Positions 42,171 to 52,319 of a stretch of 64,000 nt of DNA are shown here, piece by piece. How positions within the stretch are numbered: position 1 is the stretch's first letter; each line of letters opens with the position of its first letter. The stretch is from Eledone cirrhosa (lineage: Eukaryota): the NCBI GenBank assembly GCA_964016885.1, contig OZ024745.1, positions 8,804,001-8,868,000 on the forward strand, given 5' to 3'. The notes under the pieces are model-generated. The model worked only from the letters and a program-made list of their open reading frames with translations, was not told the DNA's origin and ran no database searches. The position numbers were made by a program, and so were the translations under genes.

Positions 42171-42382
42171 CATTCATCTATGTTCATACACGGAATAAAG
42201 GCGCTAGCTAAGGTTTCAAGGCCATATCTCCAGATTGTGACCAAATCTTCAGGAGCTTAGACGAGTTTGAAGATACCATTGAAAGTATAACGCAATCCAT
42301 TGTGAGGCAGAGATTACAACATCACAGGAAATTGGGCACTGTTTGTTTTCTTTTCCTTTTCCACACCTATGGATATTTTCTA

Positions 42383-42452
42383 CACACACACAGATATATA
42401 TATACATATATATATATACATATATATATATACATGCATACATATATATACA

Positions 42453-42541
<89 letters not shown>

Positions 42542-42562
42542 ACACATATATATAAATATGTG

Positions 42563-42619
<57 letters not shown>

Positions 42620-43242
42620 CTCAGGCAAACAAATGAGAACGCTCGTGACTTATTTGGTGTTACAAACGTTGTGCTGATTAAAAATTCCAACGCAGCCACG
42701 GTTGCTGTTATTACTGGAATGAAGCAAAAATAATATAGTTGGTTTTATAAAAGAAAAAAACGAAAGTTCATGCCATTATCATGCATCTTCTACCATCAAA
42801 CATTTCCTTAGAAAATACCAATTGGATAATGGATACACACACACACATATATGTATATATATATATATATATATTTATATATAAATATATATATGTATAT
42901 GAGTGTGTGTGTGTAAATATATATATACATACATTTATATGTATGTGTATATATATGTGTGTGTGTGTGTATGTATACGTGTATATATATATATATTAAT
43001 GAAATAAAGTGTGGAAGAGAAGGAAGCCTTTGTCTTCCCGACCCAAACATTTCAATTGTGTTGATCATGTCGTACTGTTGATTTACAGAATTAAATTTGA
43101 AAACAAAATGTCGCTAATACATGCATTCATACGTACTGCAGTTACATGTACACATGTGCCCTTACATACATGTATATAAATGTGTGTGTGGGTGTATGTG
43201 TGTATATATGTATGTATACTTACACATACACATATACACACA

Positions 43243-43285
<43 letters not shown>

Positions 43286-43357
43286 ATATATATATATATA
43301 CATTCATGAATACATGCATGCATACATACATATATACGTACACATATGTATATACAT

Positions 43358-43428
<71 letters not shown>

Positions 43429-43500
43429 TATATAAATATATATATATTTATTTTTACAAAGTTATCAAAGTTATATACATGTATATATTCAGACATATAA
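42383..43500. repeat. Compound (TA)n/(TG)n/(CA)n microsatellite field with short unique gaps
   Basis: Seen directly; this is the source of the IY/HT/VC pseudo-ORFs. Confidence 0.9.
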
Positions 43501-43795
43501 TCATATACATTCCCACATTGCCACATTCATACACACATGCATCCACCAATACATGTAGGGGTGATATAGTGAGAATGTTATTTGGCATATGTTAATGATT
43601 AATCACTTAATAGATTTTAATGAATTTCCTAGCGTATGTGAAGTAAAAGAAGAAGAAAACAATGTATATATATGAAAAATAGTCACGTGTCTTCTTTAGC
43701 CTCGTGTTGACTAATACCATGTGAAATGGAATTTTGCAGACGTAACTGTGCAGAAGTCTGACGAGTGTATGCTTGTAAACTATATATATATATAT

Positions 43796-43824
43796 ACTAG
43801 ACCACCGGTGACCCGTTGGGTCAC
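43796..43824 (-). mobile_element. Possible Helitron 3' terminus
   Basis: On the minus strand the hairpin gtgaccc-aac-gggtcac is followed by 7 nt and then CTAG|T. No matching 5' end was identified. Confidence 0.45.
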
Positions 43825-43905
43825 GTTACTTTTAAAATATTTTTTGAATAATTAAAATATACACAGACATGTATATACTGTAAAATGAAATTGGAAGGCC
43901 CACAT

Positions 43906-43944
<39 letters not shown>

Positions 43945-44059
43945 GTGTGTGTGTGTATGTGTGTGTACATATATATATGTACATATATATATATGTGGGT
44001 GTCTGTGACATATATACACTTTCTTTCCATTTACCTTCTCTGTCTCCTTCTCTCTCTCT

Positions 44060-44096
<37 letters not shown>

Positions 44097-44334
44097 ATTC
44101 AATCTTCTCTCTTTCAACCACTAGCTCTTTCTCTCTATCTTTCCCTCTATATATTTATGAAGGCACCCGGTAAAACCCCGTATCTCGAGAACCCGTGTTC
44201 CGATTTACGCGAAACTTGTTGTATTTCATTTGTATTCCAATTTAGGGGGCAACTTCCTCTCAAATTATTTTCGCATTATGCACCGTTTTGATTGTATTAA
44301 ATTACAGACAAGCACACAATCACAGAATTTAAGT

Positions 44335-44798
<464 letters not shown>

Positions 44799-44984
44799 GG
44801 CAACCTACGTAGTAAATCGTATCATTGTGAGCTCCGCAAAGGTTTGTTATTTCCGTTTGTTAAAAATTGTCATTTATGGAAAATTTTATTGTTAACTGTT
44901 TATAAGCGCACATACATTGTTTTCCGAAAAGGACAACCAAAAAGATTGGGGCCTTGTGCCCAAAATTTAAACTTTTATTATTAT

Positions 44985-47900
44985 CAAAAATTTCTTTGAA
45001 AAAAAATGGCTAATTCACCTCTGCACCAAGCAGCTGAAAGCCTTCCTCACAAATTAACACCTCACACCGACACCACCATTGTAAATGTTACTACATTTGC
45101 CAACACAAAAAAAAATATAAGCAGTAGCAATATTTTAAATTTGTCTCAGGCAGACATTCATTTCCCGCCATTACCAATGACTGCAGGTGTTAAAGCCTCC
45201 ACCACCACCACCACCGCGACAACCCCCACCCCCACCACCACCGCGACAACAGAAACAAAAGAAGAAAAAAATAAATTAACTCCTGATGTCGAAATGAAAT
45301 CAAGCAAAATGGACTCTTCCCCACCAAAGACGACTGACATCACCACCACCACAACTGAAACTAAAATTAATATTAACACAAATAACGATAGCAACAACAA
45401 CAACAATGACATTATACCCCCCCCCCCCCCGCCCTCAGTTTCGCCAGAGTAGCAAAACAGTTCGAAGCATTTACGGTAACTCAGGAGGATTTAGAAAATG
45501 CCAAACAAATGGTAAAGAAAGATGGGTACAGGGTCAGCCTTACCCCCCCCCACCTAATAAAATGGAGCATCGGCGCCTATGCACCGTGTCGTATCGAACA
45601 ATAAATGTAAAATCGCGCCGAGTGGAACGGGCATCCGAGTCCCAAATCCAAAAAGCTTTGGGACATGTGTGGGCAAGAAAAACCCACATCAGACGTGGGC
45701 AAAAGTATGGAACCGTGGACGTGTTCTTTGAAACACCAGAGGAGGCTAGAGAACACTCCATGGCCCCATTAAGAAGTGACGACTTCACACTCGTCCCAAG
45801 CTATTGTGGCCAGAGACTCGTAAAGATCAGGGTGACCCACGTTCCACCGGCCATCGAAATTCCCTGGCTAATAGCGGCCGTCCTCGCCGGCATCGAAGCC
45901 AACACAAAAATAATAGCAATAGCAAAAGAAAAGCAGGAGAACTGGTCCGGATCTGGGATGGAGCTCCTGATCCAAGCGGACCAAAAAAGCATTGAGGAGA
46001 TCCCAGAGGTAATAGATCTCACTGACGGCAGCCACCTCACGGTAATTGTCGAGGGCAGAAGACCTAGGTGTGTCGTTTGTAGTGAAGGAACCCACCTAAG
46101 GGCTTTCTGCCCTCAGGCTAAAAGGTTGAGGCCACCTCTCCTACCCACCCCAGTGACACAACCATCAACACCACCAGTAGCAGAGATGGCAGCAACAACT
46201 GTAGCAGCAACAACAGAAGCAACTATAACAGCAACAACCCCAGCAACAGTAGCAAAACCAACACCACCACCACCACCAGCAAAACCAACACCACCACCAC
46301 CCAACGCTTCAGAACTAGCACCAGCGCCTACACCATCCATCACGCCACAACCAAAACTAACGCCTGTGGAGGATTTTCCACTCCCCGGCCTATCACAACT
46401 GGAGACAGATTGTGACGACGAGGAGTGGGAAACGATATCCGGAAAAAAAAAAGAAACCAAAAAAGAAAAAATTCTCTTCCTTCCCCCTCCAAAAACAAAA
46501 TACACAGGGAAACAAATAAATTAAGAAACAAAAAAGTTAGGACAGATATGCCACCATCCACACCAGCATCACCAACCCCATCAACCCAAACACCAACACC
46601 ATCACCATCATTAACCCCAACGCCACCATCACCTACACCACAAAAGTCACCAAAATGCGAAACAGAAACAAACCCACAACAAACGCAAACAAAACAAAAC
46701 AACCAAAACGATACACACTACACAGCATTAAATTTGAACAACAAGCAATTATTACACTACATCCAACACAACACCAGCATCACAGAAAAAGACTACACAA
46801 CAACCCCAAAATTCACACCACCTCCACACATACAAATCACTCGCATCACACAGAAAACGTACATGACACTAAAACAAAAATTCCCCAAAGACATCGGAGA
46901 CTTCCGACAAGCAGTCTCCAGGAGGATTTATAAGGACATCCTTCCTGAGGAGGCCACAAGCAGTGAAAAGGATGGAAAAACCGTCCTTCCCCTACGAGAA
47001 GTAAGGTAAGTGGTCTTTCCCATCTTTTCCACTCCTTTTCAACATGACCTCACTCAGAATAGGCAGCATAAATGCGCGTGGCTTGGGGTCGTCATGGAAG
47101 CAGGGCCACCTGCTCAACGACCTCAGGTCACTAAACATAGATGTAGTGGCCATCAGCGAGACCAGAATCTCCGAAGCACAGGCTTTCGCACCGATCTTCG
47201 GCGGCTACGATGTGTACGCATCTCCCAGCCGTCCGGGATCGGGGGGAGGAGTTGCTGTGCTTTTTCGGAGAGGTTTGGATCTTGCCATACGGGCCATCTT
47301 CCTGGACCCAGAAGGTAAGTTGGTGGTGCTGAACGTGACCAGCGGAGACGGGCAAGCTTTCAGGTTAGTGGCCGTCTATGCCCCGACAGGAGCAGGGCGG
47401 CCTGATTTCTTCCGGCGTCTGGAGACCTTTCTTGGAACGTCCCGCTCTTTAGTGTTAGTGGGCGACTGGAACGGGATCTTAGATGCACGCTGGGATTGTG
47501 TGGGATTAGTGGATAGGGAAGGAGGGTGCAAGAGTCTCACCAACCTGCTCAGACGTTTTGAACTGTCTGACAGGTACCGAATGGATTTCCCGAATGTACC
47601 AATGTGGACTTGGACAAATCGCATAGGGTCATCCAGATCATATCTAGATAGAGTATTTTGTAGGGAAATAGATAGGTCTAGCATAGGCTGTCCACAATTC
47701 AAGGTAGTCAGCTACACGGACCACAAATTCGTGATCTGTGTGCTTGAATTAGATAGGCTTCATAGACGAGGACCCGGCTACTGGAAGCTAAACGCGTCCT
47801 TACCAGCGCGCAAGGCCTACAGAGACCGGATTAGCGAACTAGTTAAGCGGGCGTTGACGGGGGCCATCGTCAACAACAAGTGGTGGTTTGCTCTGAAAAG

Positions 47901-49787
47901 AGCAATTAGAATAGAGTCCATTAGGTTTAGTAAGACTTTAGCAATAGAGAAAAATAAAGCAGAGGGAGAATTAGTTAGAAAATTAGATGAGGCGTTTAGC
48001 AAAGGCATCGCGACCGACGTACTTGCGGCGAAATTGGCCCTTGACCAATTCTTCAATGCAAAGCACGAAGGCTGCGTTGTCAGAGCTAGGGTGCGTGCTC
48101 TCAGACACGAGGGGACGAAAGCCGTTCAATGGGCCCGAGTGGCGGAGGCGCGTCGTGGCAACAAAGCCACGATCCGGTCTTTGGTGGACCACGACGGGCG
48201 CATGCTACTCGATCCCGGGCAAATGTGTGAAGCTTTTCAGCGACACTTCGCTCAACTGTTCGGGGGCAGTGGCGGGCCGGATCGAGGGATGGACTTTAGT
48301 GTCTACTTCGACGGACTGCCGCGGCTTTCGGCCACTGAGGCGGAGTGTTGCGAAAAGCCGATAACAACCGCTGAAGTACGGGATGCAATGACTAGTTGCA
48401 CAAGGGGTAAATCGCCTGGTTTGGATGGTCTGCCCTATGAACTTTACGTACAAATGCCAAACTTGTTCGGAGGCATCTTGGCGGACGTCTACTGCAACTG
48501 GCAACAGAACGGGAGAATTCCCAGCTCTGTGAGCCGAGGAGCGGTGGCGCTGCTGAGAAAGGATCCGAACAAGGGGGATAACATAGATAATTTTAGGCCC
48601 ATAACTCTGCTAAACACAGAGTTCAAGATTTTGGCCAAGGTGTTAGCAAAGAGGTTGGCGCTTGTCGTTGGTGGTCTGGTGGGAGAGGCACAGACATGCG
48701 CCATTCCCGACAGATCCATCCACGACAACCTCCACCTCATGAGATACATCGTAGAGAAGGTAGCTAGGGAACCTGGCACGGGTGGGTCTTTGATCAATTT
48801 AGATCAGTCGAAAGCCTTCGATAGGGTCGACCATCGTTACCTAGATGCAGTCCTGAGGGCGGCTGGCTTTGGGCCCGTCTTCAGAGGCTGGATCGCTGCC
48901 ATGCACAGCAACATCTGCTCTGTAGTGAGAGTGAACGGTCACCTGTCGGAACCGTTCAACATCATGCGCTCGGTCCTCCAAGGATGTCCCCTCTCGTCCC
49001 TATTGTACGTATTGACTCTCGAGCCATTACTGCACAAACTGGAGACGTTGAGGAGGATCCCGCGCGAACTAGGATGCGGAAGATCCGTGTCAGCATATGC
49101 CGACGATGTCACCGTAGTGGTGTCGAACGCCAAACACATCGAGGCGATCGGCACTACACTAAGAGAATACGAAGCGGTGACAGGAGCAATGATCAACCAG
49201 GAAAAGTCAGTGGGCCTGCAGCTTGGCACCTGGAGAGGCAGGTCCATGCCGTCCAACAGCGTCGTCGGGCGCTGGACAGACGGACCGGTTAAATTGCTAG
49301 GGGTCTGGTTCGGTCCAGACCTCCAGACGGACAAAAACTGGGACGAGGTGACGAGCAGGGTGGCTTCTCTCACCCAGAAATGGGCCGAGAGGAAGCTATC
49401 CCTGAAAGGTCGAGCGGAGGTGGCTAACGCGTACATCGCGTCCGTCATCTACTACCTCCTGACCGTCGTACCTTGTCCTAAGCCCCGCCTGACTGCGCTG
49501 GAGAGTTTGCTCTTTCGCTTCTTGTGGAAGGGACGCGCTCCGATGGTCAGGCGGTCCATCTGCTGTCAACACCCGCTACGTGGAGGGCTGGGCATGCCGT
49601 GGCTGATGATGCGCAGGCACGCGCTCAGGCTACGACATCTCCCTCCTATTGGGGAATTTTTCTTTGTTATTTTATTTCATCCTCTGTTTTTTTTACACGC
49701 AGAAATGCCCATTTGTACCGTCCTGTATTGTCCTGTACTGTCCTTAATGTCTACTTTATGTAAACCCTTGTGGTTAATAAAGAAAAC
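44985..49787 (+). mobile_element. Tx1/L1-group LINE with an internal 3' deletion, flanked by (ATT)n
   Basis: ORF1 with a CCHC knuckle, ORF2 with APE+RT, and a pyrimidine-rich 3'UTR with aataaa at 49776-49781. ttattattat lies on the left and (att)n on the right. Confidence 0.9.
45006..47009 (+). pseudogene. LINE ORF1 (gag-like, CCHC zinc knuckle, P/T-rich) with two homopolymer frameshifts
   Basis: CVVCSEGTHLRAFC knuckle. ORF pieces 45006-45452, 45406-46524 and 46425-47009 switch frame at a C14 run (45417-45430) and an A10 run (46443-46452). Confidence 0.75.
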
Positions 49788-49836
49788 ATTATTATTATTA
49801 TTATTATTATTATTACTGTACTTTGAGTCTCGGTGA
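47044..49836 (+). CDS. LINE ORF2: apurinic-like endonuclease plus reverse transcriptase, C-terminally truncated near 49640
   Basis: APE motifs SINARGL, ISET, VYAP, GDWN, SYLDR and TDH. RT motifs KSPGLDG, FRPITLLN, DQSKAFD, QGCPLS, YADD and GGLG. After RHL the frame reads into the 3'UTR. Confidence 0.92.
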   Translation: MTSLRIGSINARGLGSSWKQGHLLNDLRSLNIDVVAISETRISEAQAFAPIFGGYDVYASPSRPGSGGGVAVLFRRGLDLAIRAIFLDPEGKLVVLNVTSGDGQAFRLVAVYAPTGAGRPDFFRRLETFLGTSRSLVLVGDWNGILDARWDCVGLVDREGGCKSLTNLLRRFELSDRYRMDFPNVPMWTWTNRIGSSRSYLDRVFCREIDRSSIGCPQFKVVSYTDHKFVICVLELDRLHRRGPGYWKLNASLPARKAYRDRISELVKRALTGAIVNNKWWFALKRAIRIESIRFSKTLAIEKNKAEGELVRKLDEAFSKGIATDVLAAKLALDQFFNAKHEGCVVRARVRALRHEGTKAVQWARVAEARRGNKATIRSLVDHDGRMLLDPGQMCEAFQRHFAQLFGGSGGPDRGMDFSVYFDGLPRLSATEAECCEKPITTAEVRDAMTSCTRGKSPGLDGLPYELYVQMPNLFGGILADVYCNWQQNGRIPSSVSRGAVALLRKDPNKGDNIDNFRPITLLNTEFKILAKVLAKRLALVVGGLVGEAQTCAIPDRSIHDNLHLMRYIVEKVAREPGTGGSLINLDQSKAFDRVDHRYLDAVLRAAGFGPVFRGWIAAMHSNICSVVRVNGHLSEPFNIMRSVLQGCPLSSLLYVLTLEPLLHKLETLRRIPRELGCGRSVSAYADDVTVVVSNAKHIEAIGTTLREYEAVTGAMINQEKSVGLQLGTWRGRSMPSNSVVGRWTDGPVKLLGVWFGPDLQTDKNWDEVTSRVASLTQKWAERKLSLKGRAEVANAYIASVIYYLLTVVPCPKPRLTALESLLFRFLWKGRAPMVRRSICCQHPLRGGLGMPWLMMRRHALRLRHLPPIGEFFFVILFHPLFFLHAEMPICTVLYCPVLSLMSTLCKPLWLIKKTLLLLLLLLLLYFESR

Positions 49837-50065
49837 TTGATGTTATTTAACTGGAAAGTTTGTTGAAATGAATACCAAGCCGCTATCTGCAGCCTCAGAT
49901 ATTCAGAACGTATCGGAGGGTTCTTGCTGTTCCCAGCAAGCATGCCTTTTGAAGTGTTCCAAAAAGCGGGGCTGGACTAATCTTCTTTAACCATCCTTGG
50001 AAACTCTTTGAGATAGTACCTAGTGCGCCTAAGACAATCCGGACAACCTTGATTTCATGGCAGTT
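49816..50065 (-). mobile_element. 5'-truncated R4/Dong-type element, family B (3' fragment)
   Basis: Homologous to 62696-62942 (3'UTR and REL C-terminus) and bounded by (ATT)n on both sides. Confidence 0.85.
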
Positions 50066-51939
50066 ATATTATTATTATTATTATTACAGTTGTATTTATC
50101 TTGCTTTATGTTCATACGAGTTATCACCAAGTCACAACCAGTGACCTCAAGAGACAACAAGGTCCGCCATGTTCAAGAAAGAACATACATACTCACACAT
50201 GCATCTTTAGGTGTTTAGACTTGTGATGTACTTATATTGACAGAATCTTCCTTAGTATATGGGCAGTTCCCATTAGTACTATCTTTTGTATTTCTATTAT
50301 ACGCGGGTTTCCTGGGATTTGCGATAAGTAATCATTAGACCCCTTAGGTATCATTCCTAGAGCGCCTACAACCACTGGTATTGTTTTAGTTCTCAATTTC
50401 CACATTTTTCCAATTTCTATCTCCAGGTCCTTATACTTGTTCAATTTTTCAAATGTTTTTATAGATACATTCTTGTCTATTGGAACGGAATATCAATTAG
50501 CAGGCATACCCTCTTTTTAAAGTCATTCAGTATTATATCAGGTCTATTTGCATTTATTTTTCGGTCTGTTTGGATGCTAAAGTTCCACAAGATTGAGATG
50601 TGATCTTTTTCAATTATAGGAGGTGGTTGATGCTCCCACCAATTCTTTTGATGGGGCAGGTCAAAATGCTTACACATTATCCAATGTATGTATTGTGCAG
50701 CTCTGTCATGCCTGTTTAGGTATTCGGTTAGAGCTATAGGACTGCACATTGAAAGTATATGATCAATGGTCCCTGGTTGTTTTTTACATACACGGCATAA
50801 TGGGTTGCATCCATTTTTTATTATGTTGGCTTGGTAATTTTTTGTTGGCAGACACTGATCTTGTGCTGATATAATCAGTCCTTCAGTCTCCGATTTCAGT
50901 CCAGAGGATGCCAAGCACTGATGGGTTAAAGTTTTGTCAACATCAGGATTGTTAGCTCTTTCTGGGTATTTTCCATACAGAGGCTTTTCTTGCCATTTCT
51001 TAGCCAGTTTCTGTAGCAGTTCTTTCTTTGCAGTTACTTTTACCTGCTTTGCTTTTTCTGTGTTTTCCATTTCAGCAGTAAATGGGACTTTTGAAATTTG
51101 TAGTCCATTACTGTATCTTTGTGCATCTTTTGTAATGGAGTATGATCTTTTGATGCTTTCGTGTTTCAAAACGAGTTTGATCATCCAATCATGTGATTCC
51201 CTTAGATATGTAGATAATCCAATTGTTGCAGTTTTCAACGCAATATCTAACTGGATTAACCCACGTCCTCCTTCTTTCCTAGGGAGATATATTCTATCTG
51301 TATCTGCCTTAGGGTGATTCATTCTCTGCATGGTTAAGAATTTTCTAATTTTTGTATCGAGCCTACGGATCTCTGTGCTTGACCAGTTGAAGACATTGTA
51401 ACTGTAGGTTACTACTGGTATGGCAAGCGCGTTTATGGCATCGATCCTATTCCTTGCATTCAATTCCGTTCTTAAGATTGCTCTTACTCTGCGGTAACAT
51501 TCCTTCCTTATCCTTTCCCTCATTGTCGAGTGCTTGATTCCGTCTCCTTCACAAACACCTAGATATTTGTAATTTTCCTCTTGATCAAGTTGTCTTATCA
51601 CATTCCCCCGATCAAAATTAATGTCTGAACTTTTCAGCAGCTTTCTTCTGGTGAACGTTGCTTTGGCGCATTTATCTAGTCCAAACTCCATTTTAATGTC
51701 ATCACTGAACTGCTCCACAGTGGATAATAGCCCCTGCAATTGTTCATCATTTTTTGCAAATAGTTTCAGGTTATCCATGTAGAAAAAGTGATTAATGGTT
51801 TTATCATAGACTTTATATCCATGTTTTGTTTCATTGAGCATTTTATTTAATGGTATAAGTGCGATGCAGAATAAAAGCGGTGATAAAGAGTCACCCTGAA
51901 AAATTCCACAATTAATATTAACTTCTCCAGCTTCCAGTG

Positions 51940-52212
51940 TGTTGTATGGACTGGGAATCGAACTCACAACCTCATTGTTGTATGGACTGTTAAATTTCTA
52001 TTCAATTTACACGTGCTCACACATTTGCATATGAATCACGTGACCTGGGCAGTCAGTCAGCGTTGGTATTAAAAACTCGGTCACAGACTGCTACTTACTT
52101 ACTTTATGTTATTCTACTACTGCGAGGAGGGGCGTTTTGGTTGTTTCGCAAATTACACAAATTATTTGATATAACTCGTGTTTTCTCTGCGAGTACCGAG
52201 AGGAATACAACA
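51940..52212 (+). repeat. 5' LTR (273 bp)
   Basis: tgttgtatgg...gaatacaaca. By eye it differs from the 3' LTR by 4 substitutions and one 3-bp indel. Confidence 0.95.
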
Positions 52213-52220
52213 GAGTTTAT

Positions 52221-52240
52221 TGGCGTCGCCGATAGGATTT
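52221..52240 (+). promoter_or_regulatory. Primer binding site
   Basis: tggcgtcgccgataggattt is complementary to a tRNA-like 3' end (aaatcctatcggcgacgCCA). The G discriminator is Ser/Arg-like. It lies 8 nt from the LTR. Confidence 0.7.
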
Positions 52241-52319
52241 ACCTACATTGCCGATAGGATTTATCTACATTGCCGATAGGATTTACCTACATTGCCGGGA
52301 AATTGTTTATCATAAAAAC

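Noticed and set aside
42202-42258. Minus-strand CUGAAGA...GAAAC motif as a functional ribozyme
   Set aside because: The helix II base is mismatched and there is no proper NUH or helix I register. It is kept only as a degenerate member of the cluster.
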